A DNA stretch of 64,000 nucleotides. It comes from Macrostomum lignano. Lineage: Eukaryota. The notes under the pieces are model-generated. The model ran no database searches, was not told the DNA's origin, and saw nothing but the letters and a program-made list of their open reading frames with translations. Position numbers and translations under genes: made by a program. The stretch lies in assembly GCA_002269645.1 (NCBI GenBank), contig NIVC01002589.1, forward strand, positions 1 through 64,000. The letters are read 5' to 3'. Below are positions 1 to 17,988 of this stretch, piece after piece. Positions within the stretch are counted from its first letter, which is position 1. Each line of letters opens with the position of its first letter.

Positions 1-10
1 GTGGGCATGA

Positions 11-6254
<6,244 letters not shown>

Positions 6255-6979
6255 TCTGAGCTGCTCGCAAGATTTAAACTATGAATATTATTACGAATAT
6301 ACTTATTATACTTACAAAAGTTTCATGTCCATATGATAATATTTTCAGCCAGGAAAACTTGCTGAACTTTAGCAGGATTTTGTGACATTAAAATATTTTC
6401 AAATCACATTCTATCACTGACGCTATAGAAACATTGGATCAGCCATTTGCAAACTTTTCTTGCAAAATGCGCTTAGTCTACTTTCGTTTTGGGCATATAA
6501 ATGCGCACGACATGCTAAATTCTCGAGAAATCGAATTTTCTCGATCGAATGTCTATGGTCAAGTCTCATTCAGCGCTATGCATTCTCTAGAGCATACTAA
6601 AATCGACTGTAGCGTCCTTCTACTTCAGTTGTCTATGGCAGTTATAATAATTTACATGTACATTAGTCATGTACATTGCTGTCGCTGAGGAAAGCAATAA
6701 AATGCAGCCAAAGACGCCCAATCGAAGTAGCTTCAGGTTTCCAATGTACATGTACCTGTGCATTGTTCTTATTCAGTTCAATTTCTGGGATATTTTCAAT
6801 CCTACCTACTTGTAGTACATACTGTATGCCGCTAAACACATGTAAAAACAAGATTACACGCACTTACATAGTCCTTCTAATAATAATTCGCTTCGCATTG
6901 ATTTGAAAAATATATCTGTTCTGCTTTGAATCTGTAAGATCAACTTGAACTGTACATTTTATTGCTGCCATTGCTCTGG

Positions 6980-8805
6980 TTCTTCAGTCAGCTGTTGGGG
7001 ATTTTTCAGTTTGAGGATTCTTCAGTCAGCTGTTGGCGATTCCTCAGTCAGCTGTTGGCGATTCTTCAGTCAGCTGTTGGGGATTCTTCAGTCAGCTGTT
7101 GGCGATTCCTCAGTCAGCTGTTGGCGATTCTTCAGTCAGCTGTTGGCGATTCCTCAGTCAGCTGTTGGCGATTCTTCTTCTTCAGTCAGCTGTTGGGGAT
7201 TCTTCAGTCAGCTGTTGGCGATTCTTCTTCTTCAGTCAGCTGTTGGGGATTCTTCAGTCAGCTGTTGGCGATTCTTCTTCTTCAGTCAGCTGTTGGGGAT
7301 TCTTCAGTCAGCTGTTGGCGATTCTTCTTCTTCAGTCAGCTGTTGGGGATTCTTCAGTCAGCTGTTGGCGATTCTTCTTCTTCAGTCAGCTGTTGGGGAT
7401 TCTTCTTCTTCAGTCAGCTGTTGGGGATTCTTCTTCTTCAGTCAGCTGTTGGGGATTCTTCAGTCAGCTGTTGGCGATTCCTCAGTCAGCTGTTGGGGAT
7501 TCTTCAGTCAGCTGTTGGGATTCTTCAGTCAGCTGTTGGGGATTCTTCAGTCAGCTGTTGGGGATTCTTCAGTCAGCTGTTGGCGATTCTTCAGTCAGCT
7601 GTTGGGGATTCTTCAGTCAGCTGTTGGGGATTCTTCAGTCAGCTGTTGGCGATTCTTCTTTAGTCAGCTGTTGGCGATTCTTCAGTCAGCTGTTGGGGAT
7701 TCTTCAGTCAGCTGTTGGCGATTCTTCAGTCAGCTGTTGGCGATTCTTCTTCTTCAGTCAGCTGTTGGGGATTCTTCAGTCAGCTGTTGGGGATTCTTCA
7801 GTCAGCTGTTGGCGATTCTTCTTCTTCAGTCAGCTGTTGGGGATTCTTCAGTCAGCTGTTGGCGATTCTTCAGTCAGCTGTTGGGGATTCTTCAGTCAGC
7901 TGTTGGGGATTCTTCAGTCAGCTGTTGGGATTCTTCAGTCAGCTGTTGGCGATTCTTCAGTCAGCTGTTGGGGATTCTTCAGTCAGCTGTTGGGGATTCT
8001 TCAGTCAGCTGTTGGGGATTCTTCAGTCAGCTGTTGGCGATTCTTCTTCTTCAGTCAGCTGTTGGGGATTCTTTAGTCAGCTGTTGGGGATTCTTCAGTC
8101 AGCTGTTGGGGATTCTTCAGTCAGCTGTTGGGGATTCTTAAGTCAGCTGTTGGGGATTCTTCAGTCAGCTGTTGGCGATTCTTCAGTCAGCTGTTGGCGA
8201 TTCTTCAGTCAGCTGTTGGAGATTCTTCAGTCAGCTGTTGGCGATTCTTCAGTCAGCTGTTGGCGATTCTTCAGTCAGCTGTTGGCGATTCTTCAGTCAG
8301 CTGTTGGCGATTCTTCAGTCAGCTGTTGGCGATTCTTCTTCTTCAGTCAGCTGTTGGCGATTCTTCAGTCAGCTGTTGGCGATTCTTCAGTCATCTGTTG
8401 GCGATTCTTCTTCTTCAGTCAGCTGTTGGCGATTCTTCAGTCATCTGTTGGCGATTCTTCTTCTTCAGTCAGCTGTTGGCGATTCTTCAGTCAGCTGTTG
8501 GCGATTCTTCAGTCAGCTGTTGGGGATTCTTCAGTCAGCTGTTGGGGATTCTTCAGTCAGCTGTTGGGGATTCTTCAGTCAGCTGTTGGGGATTCTTCAG
8601 TCAGCTGTTGGCGATTCTTCAGTCAGCTGTTGGGGATTCTTCAGTCAGCTGTTGGGGATTCTTCAGTCAGCTGTTGGCGATTCTTCAGTCAGCTGTTGGC
8701 GATTCTTCAGTCAGCTGTTGGCGATTCTTCTTCTTCAGTCAGCTGTTGGCGATTCTTCAGTCAGCTGTTGGGGATTCTTCAGTCAGATGTTGGGGATTCT
8801 TCTAC
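6980..8805. repeat. 22-bp minisatellite (GATTCTTCAGTCAGCTGTTGGS) with CTT-expansion variants
   Basis: About 80 copies, intergenic between ABCC and SUMO. Confidence 0.96.
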
Positions 8806-9394
8806 AACCTACGTGACGCGCTTGTGACAGTTTTCAACGGGACTTCCTTCAGTCAGCTGTTTAAACATTCGGGAATATTTGTTGTATTTAAAAAATGAAA
8901 CCAAAAAAGACTATAATTTTTAGACAGCAACACTGCATGAGCATGCGATATAAAAATGCGCGGGGTAACTATAGCATAACATATTATAACTCAGCCCCTA
9001 GTTGAAGTTTATATTTGAACGCCAGCCATAAATACGCATAGATTATTTATTATCAACTGACTGCCATTAAAGCATACAATTTGATGTTATAATTTTAAAC
9101 GACAAAAGCGAAAATGAATTTTGACTTAATTAAATAAAAAACAGACAGGTATTAACACAGTTATTAATTCCCTAATAAGATTGAGATTTAAACCAACCCT
9201 AAATATTATCATTTTAATAATCTACTGTATTAATCCAGATTAGAAAACCTCGAACATTACACAATGAGAAACACAACATAAACACAGATTAAGAAAAGGG
9301 AACCACATACGAGCGTACAGTAAAGTGAAGAGTAAAGCAAACAGTAAGTGCATCAGATCGGGGTAGCTGTTTGGGGAAATACCCAACTCCCCAG

Positions 9395-9795
9395 AGCAGT
9401 CAGTGGGATTAACTCCCCAAATCCCCAAAACAACCGCCCTGACACCCAATAGCAGTCAGTGGGATAAACTCCCCAAATCCCCAAAACAACCGCCCTGACA
9501 CTCCATAGCAGTCAGTGGGATTAACTCCCCAAATCCCCAAAACAACCGCCCTGACACTCCATAGCAGTCAGTGGGATAAACTCCCCAAATCCCCAAAACA
9601 ACCGCCCTGACACCCAATAGCAGTCAGTGGGATAAACTCCCCAAATCCCCAAAACAACCGCCCTGACACTCCATAGCAGTCAGTGGGATAAACTCCCCAA
9701 ATCCCCAAAACAACCGCCCTGACACCCCATAGCAGTCAGTGGGATAAACTCCCCAAATCTCCAAAACAACCGCCCTGACATCCCATAGCAGTCAC
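9395..9795. repeat. 56-bp minisatellite downstream of SUMO copy 1
   Basis: 7 units of AGCAGTCAGTGGGATAAACTCCCCAAATCCCCAAAACAACCGCCCTGACACCCAAT; reverse complement of the 17201-17988 array. Confidence 0.95.
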
Positions 9796-9822
9796 CGAGA
9801 ATGAGTCGCACAGCCCAGCTGC

Positions 9823-10089
9823 TCACACGCAGCCGCCGACCTGAGACTGGAACACCTCAATCGTGTCATTCTCCTCCATGTCCAACGTGGCCGGGGTGTC
9901 CGACTCCTCCACGTTGTTTCCGTCGAAGATGAAGCGGACGGTCTGTGCCCGAAGGCCCAGCCTATCGCAGTAAGTGGTCATCAGCTTCCTCAGCGGGGTG
10001 TTCTTCTTGATCTTGAAGTGGATCACGGCCCCGTCCTGGCCCTGCACCTTCAGGTTGATGTGCTCGCTGGAGGCGTTGGTTCCCGACAT
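9823..10089 (-). CDS. SUMO: Small ubiquitin-like modifier (SUMO), copy 1, intronless
   Basis: 88 aa with HINLKV..QDG..HFKIKK.TPLRKL...RF.FDG...DTP..LDME..DTIEVF and a C-terminal di-glycine QVGG-CV. Confidence 0.95.
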   Translation of the reverse strand: MSGTNASSEHINLKVQGQDGAVIHFKIKKNTPLRKLMTTYCDRLGLRAQTVRFIFDGNNVEESDTPATLDMEENDTIEVFQSQVGGCV

Positions 10090-10102
10090 GCTGGCTGCTG
10101 AT

Positions 10103-10495
10103 TAGTGCTCAAGTGAGAGCTCACTGGCATGCAGAGAAGCGAGTGGGTGAGGAGTGAGCCACTCAGTGCTGAGTAGTGCTCAAGTGAGAGCTCACTGGCT
10201 GAAAGAGAAGCGAGTGGGTGAGGAGTGAGCAACTCAGTGCTGAGTAGTGCTCAAGTGAGAGCTCACTGGCTGAAAGAGAAGCGAGTGGGTGAGGAGTGAG
10301 CAACTCAGTGCTGAGTAGTGCTCAAGTGAGAGCTCACTGGCTGAAAGAGAAGCGAGTGGGTGAGGAGTGAGCCACTCAGTGCTGAGTAGTGCTCAAGTGA
10401 GAGCTGGCTGGCTGAAAGAGAAGCAAGTGGGTGAGGAGTGAGCAACTCAGTGCTAAGTAGTGCTCAAGTGAGAGCTCGCTGGTTGAAAGAGAAGC
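10103..10495. repeat. 71-bp minisatellite upstream of SUMO copy 1
   Basis: About 6 units at 71-bp spacing (10141, 10212, 10283...); reverse complement of the 16092-16893 array. Confidence 0.95.
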
Positions 10496-11892
10496 TAATA
10501 AAAGAAGGCAGTGCTTATTTAGCCAGCAGTCTAGCTTCAAAGTTAGTCAGAAGAATCTAAAACTTGACTTACTCTTTGAAAAATTAATGACAAAACAAAC
10601 ATTTTGGAAGTCTAGACATTGTTTTATTGCAATTTTGGTGTAGATATTTACACTAGTAGAAACTACTAAATCTTGCAAATTTAAATAGCTATCATAACTT
10701 TCCTTCATATTCATAAAGCTGTGCTAAAGCTCAAGGTAATTACGACAATTTGATAGATACCAGTATATTAATATTTAATGTTTCATTCTTTGCCTTTCAG
10801 ACATGCTAACTAGAGAATTAAAACCCTGTGGTCACATCAATCAAATACTTCTAAATATGATGGATGATACTTTGAATGTATGAATGCACTTCCTGCTCTT
10901 TTTATATATTGACACTAATAAATAAATAAAACAGTATGAGGCTTTTGTGTTTGTGTATGTTCTCAATAAACCTTTATTTAAAAAGAATCTTTTGTTAAGG
11001 GGTAATCAAGCATTAGCATTGAAATGAAAAAAAACAAACTTTTAAATTCCTTATTCCATTTAAAAAGAAAAATAATGGAAGTTTTATAAAAACATTTGAT
11101 TTGCTTTTTCTTACATTTAGTCCCTAAAGTTTGATATTAGGATATCTTAATATCCTAAGCCTAAACTCAAAGGAACATATAGCCCATAGTTTTCTGCATA
11201 AGAAACTAGGTACAGTCACCTTTTTGGCTCTTTAACAATTGCTTGTCTAGTATAGTCTAGTAATGTCTAGTATATATATCACAAATAAATTTGTTTGTAG
11301 GGAGTCAATTTTTGGCATATTGTGTAATGGATTTGAGTGTAGAGCCATGACCTTCTGATCCTGGAACACCCAGACCTAGACTAAGAGAAAATCTAAATAG
11401 ATGAAAGCTATAAAAGAAAGATACAAAATACAAAAGTGCCATAAGGCCACTCAGGTCAATAGTATAGACATAATATACTAAATCTTACACTACTAAGTCT
11501 ATATACTACTAGTATAAAGATTGTTTAAAAAGTCTGATCAAACATGAATATCTTTTTTGAGTCACTACTTTGTCTTGAAACTTTATACCATAGACAAATA
11601 TCATACCATTGTGATAGGAAACAGATTTAATGATACAAAATTGTTCAGTTTAGTTATATTTATTAGTTTAATTAATTTTTTTTATTATAACCATATGGCT
11701 TTTATAAACCTGTATCTCAGTAAGTTTCAACTGATTATCCCCAATCATTGCTTGCAATGACTAGATGGCTAGACATTCACCTGCACTAATCTTCATTGTG
11801 CACCCAAGGCCTATTAGGCCATTAGGCCCAAGAGCTCTATAATATGAATATTACATTTTTGTTTTTGAACAATTTTATGTTGTTAAATGGGG

Positions 11893-12525
11893 AACTGATC
11901 AAAAGGGTAATAGATCAAAGAGGCAATAGTTAAAAGGGTGATAGTCAAAAGGGCAACAGTCTAAAGGGTGATAAACTGACAATCATAACAGTTACATGTC
12001 CACATATTAGACTTGCATATATTTGTCAAAATGTACATCTTATAGTTGTATTGGCATTATATATGCATGTATAGTAATGCACCAAGGACTACTCAGGTAT
12101 CAAAGAATGGAAAACCCCATTTCTTAGAAAATTTTACAAGGCAGTTTTTCTAAAAATATATATAATGGATATAGAAATTTTTCATTTTTCAGCATAGAAA
12201 ATTGTTATTGCTTTTAGTCTAGACTTAATGAGTCAATGCTCATCTTTTGATGTGTTCTACCTTTTTTATAGGTCTATTGATATTCATAAAGCTTTTCACT
12301 AGTTAGCTAGGAATCATAAAATAGATTGCAAAGTTAACAAATATGCAGGCACAAGTCTAGGCCTAATTTTAACACGTACATTAACAAATATATTTTGAAC
12401 ACAGAAGTCTAATACATGTGAACTTATAATTGTGTATATTATGATTGTTGTCCTTTTGATTGTTGCCCTTTTGACTATCACCTTTCTGACTGTCGCCTTT
12501 TTGATCTGTTGCCTTTTTGACCTGC
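11893..12525. mobile_element. Putative foldback/MITE-like element whose inverted arms are built from ~15-bp subunits
   Basis: TCAAAAGGG..ATAG-like units at 11897-11972 are the reverse complement of units at 12448-12522; no target-site duplication (TSD) identified. Confidence 0.45.
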
Positions 12526-13049
12526 AGCTATTAAATGTATATTATACTCGTATCATAGTAAAAACATTTTGGTATTCATTTAAGTAGAAAAAGAATTAAA
12601 TATACACTTTTAGGCTCTTATATAAGGGCTATCAGAAAAGTTTTGCTTATTGACTAATATATTTTTGTAAGTTACATAACAAAATATGGCTAAGCCCAGG
12701 CCACTGCCTAGGATATAAAGTGTCTATTACAAAAAATTTGGCTTTAAATCTGGACACCAGAAGAAGCTTCATAGCAGAAAATTTGCAAGTCCTATTATGA
12801 ACACCTCCATTTTGCAAAAAAGCTTCTCTAAAGAAGACAAATGAACCATCATCAAGTTCCATGCCTTGCTTGGACTGTCTCCAATAGAGACACATGCAAT
12901 AATGCATTAAGCCATGGCAGGCTCTTGCCCATCATATGACACTGTTCCTTGCTAGATAGCAATTTTTTTTATTAGCATAGAGGACATGTAAGATGAACCT
13001 TGAAATGGAAAGCCCTGTTTGACATGAACAATGGGAATATAACATTTGC

Positions 13050-13400
13050 TTATGGGAAGTTTGCTTGCAGAATTTTGCTTGCTCAACTTTGCTTGTTGAA
13101 TTTTGTTTGCCAAACTTTGCTTGCCAAACATTGCATGCCACACTTTGCTTGCTGAACTTTGCTTGCAGGAAATTTGCTTGTAGGAATTTTGCTTGCCATG
13201 CCACTGGAATTTTGATGTCTGCTTCCTAGAAATTTGCAATCATAATTGCAGAAATAGAAGAGCTCAAAAATAGGTCCTTTAAGGTTACGCAAGAAAACTG
13301 TAGCTGGCAAACCTTGGCAAGCAAAGTTTGGCAATCAAAGTTCCTGCTGGCAAACTTTGACAAGCTTATATGCAGCAAGCAAATTTCTTGCAAGCAAACA
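13050..13400. repeat. Inverted clusters of a 14-bp unit (TTTGCTTGC core), foldback-like
   Basis: TTTGCTTGC about 9 times at 13060-13197 and GCAAGCAAA about 4 times at 13317-13398; GCCAAACTTTGCTTGCC and GGCAAGCAAAGTTTGGC are perfect reverse complements. Confidence 0.6.
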
Positions 13401-13820
13401 GACAGAAAGTCTGTAAAATAAGTCATCCGGGTCCATAAAATAGCAAATATGAAAATTATATTGGTCTGGGTCCAAGTCCAGATCTGAGTTTTTAAATTTG
13501 ATATAACCCTGCTTTATCTTCAAATAAATAAATAAATGGCTATTTAAAATACTATTAAATTTTCAATAGGCCCTACCTAAAAAACGCAGTCTTAGATTAG
13601 GCCTAAAATGCAATAGGGACTAGATAAAAACATTTTTTTGCCATTTTTGCTATAACCAATGCCTTTCATATTTAGACTAGGGGGGCCTAGTCTCGACTCT
13701 CTAGACTTTAGGCAGTGTAACCCTATCTAAGTGTGATTCTTGTTTAAACCTAATTTAAAAAACCTAACCTTAAAGTTTAAATATTGTGGGAAAATTTAAA
13801 ACCATCAGCAGCATAACATA

Positions 13821-14080
13821 GGGCCTTTTCATATTGCTTGTTCTGGTTCCAGAACCAGAACCAATTTGTGAAGTATAACTTTTTGTCTCCATAACTAGAG
13901 GGAGATACGTGCTATAAAGTTTTTATTATTGAATGACAATCGCCAAGAAGAAAGTGAAAAATTGTGCTAAGTTAGGTTGTTAAGGCAGTCAAATATTAAC
14001 AGAGTTTAATAGTTATACTGCTGTTTTTCTTGGAATTCCGAACCGATTCTGGTTCTGGAATTGGTAATATGAAAAGGCCC
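13821..14080. mobile_element. 260-bp MITE (PIF/Harbinger-Tourist-like) with 15-bp perfect TIRs
   Basis: GGGCCTTTTCATATT at 13821 and AATATGAAAAGGCCC ending at 14080; subterminal CCAGAACCAGAA also inverted; flanked by ATA on both sides. Confidence 0.7.
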
Positions 14081-16091
14081 ATAAAAGCGAAACAATACGC
14101 AACTACGCGTACGTTCGTTTTAAATTTTTCTTGAAAATATTCATTTTTCGACGGAATTTTTAGTATGTATACGAATCATGAATTTAAATAAAAATAACTA
14201 AAAAGTATTACATTAACTACTGTTACTGAAATGACAAGCTCATAAAGTCTTTCATTTTTATTAAAGGTGTAATGTGTCCTTCAATATTTCTTTTGTGTAT
14301 TAAATTTGCTTTCTTTGAAAATATGCTGTATTTTCATTGCGCTGATTTGTTGCAATTGTTGGTTTGCTGTTCATAATTGCTTCCTACCCCAGTCAATATA
14401 ATAAAGGACACTAAATTATATTTGCAAAACTAGAGCTACACAACCTACAGTGTTGCTGCTGTTGGTTTGGGCCAATAGACTATTTGGCCAGCAGCCAATA
14501 GACTTACCACGGCCCACAACTCAATAGGCCTAAGCAATCCATACAAATCAATTATGGCGATCCTTCGGTTTACGATCACCTTATATTTTACTCGTTGTAA
14601 GACAAAAATCGACAGTAGTTTCAAATGATCGAAAAGGTTTTCAAATGTCAAATGTTTTCAAACATTGATTCGCTAGTAGCTTATTTATCACTTTCGCTTT
14701 ACAAACACCCAAACTTACGTTTCTCATTAAATGATTGTAAACCGAAGTTGGCTGTAAAAAAAAGCATGTCAAATAGTCACAAAAAACTGCTTATTCCAGA
14801 TCAAGGGCATCAAAATATAAAATTTTGAGACCATTGTACTGTGGCTTCTGATTCCACGTTATACATTGCCTGTAAACTCCTAAATGGAAGCATAATGGAA
14901 ATGGAAGCTGTTACCCTTACTCAAATTAATTTTTTGTGCCACACCTCCCTCTCACTTTTAGTTTACAATCACTTCTACTCATATGCTCCATTTAAATGAT
15001 CACAAACCAAAGCTGGCATCTATTATGACTATAGTATAAGAAAACCTAGTAAAGTGTTTATTGTCATTTGACAATGTTAAACTAAATAGAAACTGCAATT
15101 TTAAAAGAAAATAATTAAAAGTATAAAAAAAATTATTTCTAAAATTAATAATAATAAAAGTAAAAGTAAAATTTTCTTATAAAAGTATATAAGAAAGTTG
15201 CTAGGCCTATGCAATACTATTTCCTTTTGTTCTATATTTGATAAGTTTCATAGGTTAGTACATTTTTTTCTTTATAAGTGGCTAAAGATTTCTATTGGTT
15301 TCTTATAGGTTTGATATTTAAAAATTATATAATCATGGCTTTCTTTCTATGAATATTATTCTATTTTAAATATTTTTTTGTACTTAATATCCAGTTAGTT
15401 ATCACAACAACAAAAAAAATTATTGTTATTAGCTAAAAAATACATTTATAACTATCAGAAAGCTAGGTCTGCATATTATAGCATGTATAAATTATAAAAT
15501 TAAAAACATTAAATCATTATTCTTATACATAAACATTTTTTTAATATATTAGCTATTATTGCCTTTGGTTAAAAATCATATTTTTTGGCATCATAAATTG
15601 ATAATATGAATATTTTAAGTGCTACTCTAGTTTTTAATAAATTATCTAATAGTCAAGTTAATAAGACTATACCATATATGCACAACCCCCCTGATTTACA
15701 CTGGCCATGCAACTTATGCAACTTACCTGTAAAAGAAACCTAATGCAATTTTGGGTAAACAGCAGGAGTAACTATGAATGTCTTAAAAGGGCTAAATGCC
15801 TCATCATCTATTTAGTACTACGTCTACAGTATTCTTTAGGCTGGGCATTTTTGCAACTTACCCCTGGTCTACCACAATTTACGGTGGCCAGATTGGCCAG
15901 GTCGGCCAGCAGTTGCGCATGTATGGACTATACTAGCATTGATTTTATTTAATTTTAATGGTAAAGCAAGTTTATAAAACAAATTCAAGAAAATGATTTG
16001 TTTAATTTTTTGCAGATAATAATAATATAAATCAGATATAATAATGCCTATCTTTTGAGAAAAAAACCATTTTTCATTTGTTTTTAGCTAG

Positions 16092-16893
16092 TCAGCTCTT
16101 ACTTAAATACTACTCAGCACTGAGTTGCTCACTCCTCACCCACTTGCTTCTCTTTCAGCCAGTGAGCTCTCACTTAAGCACTACTCAGCACTGAGTTGCT
16201 CACTCCTCACCCACTCGCTTCTCTTTCAGCCAGTGAGCTCTCACTTAAGCACTACTCAGCACTGAGTTGCTCACTCCTCACCCACTCGCTTCTCTTTCAG
16301 CCAGTGAGCTCTCACTTGAGCACTACTCAGCACTGATTTGCTCACTCCTCACCCACTCGCTTCTCTTTCAGCCAGTGAGCTCTCACTTGAGCACTACTCA
16401 GCACTGAGTTGCTCACTCCTCACCCACTCGCTTCTCTTTCAGCCAGTGAGCTCTCACTTGAGCACTACTCAGCACTGAGTTGCTCACTCCTCACCCACTC
16501 GCTTCTCTTTCAGCCAGCAAGCTCTCACTTGAGCACTACTCAGCACTGAGTTGCTCACTCCTCACCCACTCGCTTCTCTTTCAGCCAGTGAGCTCTCACT
16601 TAAGCACTACTCAGCACTGAGTTGCTCACTCCTCACCCACTCGCTTCTCTTTCAGCCAGTGAGCTCTCACTTGAGCACTACTCAGCACTGAGTTGCTCAC
16701 TCCTCACCCACTCGCTTCTCTTTCAGCCAGTGAGCTCTCACTTGAGCACTACTCAGCACTGAGTTGCTCACTCCTCACCCACTCGCTTCTCTTTCAGCCA
16801 GTGAGCTCTCACTTGAGCACTACTCAGCACTGAGTTGCTCACTCCTCACCCACTCGCTTCTCTTCATGCCAGTGAGCTCTCACTTGAGCACTA
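16092..16893. repeat. 71-bp minisatellite upstream of SUMO copy 2
   Basis: About 12 units (markers at 16165, 16236 ... 16875). Confidence 0.95.
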
Positions 16894-16906
16894 ATCAGCA
16901 GCCAGC

Positions 16907-17173
16907 ATGTCGGGAACCAACGCCTCCAGCGAGCACATCAACCTGAAGGTGCAGGGCCAGGACGGGGCCGTGATCCACTTCAAGATCAAGAAGAACACCC
17001 CGCTGAGGAAGCTGATGACCACTTACTGCGATAGGCTGGGCCTTCGGGCACAGACCGTCCGCTTCATCTTCGACGGAAACAACGTGGAGGAGTCGGACAC
17101 CCCGGCCACGTTGGACATGGAGGAGAATGACACGATTGAAGTGTTCCAGTCTCAGGTCGGCGGCTGCGTGTGA
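16907..17173 (+). CDS. SUMO: SUMO, copy 2, intronless; protein identical to copy 1
   Basis: Same 88 aa; only one synonymous difference seen (Glu GAA vs GAG in DTIEVF). Confidence 0.95.
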   Translation: MSGTNASSEHINLKVQGQDGAVIHFKIKKNTPLRKLMTTYCDRLGLRAQTVRFIFDGNNVEESDTPATLDMEENDTIEVFQSQVGGCV

Positions 17174-17200
17174 GCAGCTGGGCTGTGCGACTCATTCTCG

Positions 17201-17988
17201 GTGACTGCTATGGGATGTCAGGGCGGTTGTTTTGGGGATTTGGGGAGTTTTTCCCACTGACTGCTATGGGGTGCCAGGGCGGTTGTTTTGGGGATTTGGG
17301 GAGTTTATCCCGCTGACTGCTATTGGGTGCCAGGGCGGTTGTTTTGGGGATTTGGGGAGTTTATCCCACTGACTGCTATGGGGTGTCAGGGCGGTTGTTT
17401 TGGGGATTTGGGGAGTTTTTCCCACTGACTGCTATTGGGTGTCAGGGCGGTTGTTTTGGGGATTTGGGGAGTTTATCCCACTGACTGCTATGGGGTGTCA
17501 GGGCGGTTGTTTTGGGGATTTGGGGAGTTTTTCCCACTGACTGCTATTGGGTGTCAGGGCGGTTGTTTTGGGGATTTGGGGAGTTTATCCCACTGACTGC
17601 TATTGGGTGTCAGGGCGGTTGTTTTGGGGATTTGGGGAGTTTATCCCACTGACTGCTATTGGGTGTCAGGGCGGTTGTTTTGGGGATTTGGGGAGTTTAT
17701 CCCACTGACTGCTATGGGGTGTCAGGGCGGTTGTTTTGGGGATTTGGGGAGTTTATCCCACTGACTGCTATGGGGTGCCAGGGCGGTTGTTTTGGGGATT
17801 TTAGGAGTTTATCCCGCTGACTGCTATTGGGTGCCAGGGCGGTTGTTTTGGGGATTTGGGGAGTTTATCCCACTGACTGCTATTGGGTGTCAGGGCGGTT
17901 GTTTTGGGGATTTGGGGAGTTTATCCCACTGACTGCTATTGGGTGTCAGGGCGGTTTTTTAGGGGGGTTGGAGAGGTTATCCCACTGA
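17201..17988. repeat. 56-bp G-rich minisatellite downstream of SUMO copy 2
   Basis: 14 units (GGGCGGTT markers at 17221 ... 17949, 56-bp period). Confidence 0.95.

Noticed and set aside
6515-6550. Heat-shock-element-like GAAnnTTC cluster
   Set aside because: Imperfect, and located downstream of the ABCC stop with no promoter context.
6945-8898. Long overlapping QSAVGDSS ORFs in all three frames
   Set aside because: A 22-bp repeat without stops; all frames give the same peptide.
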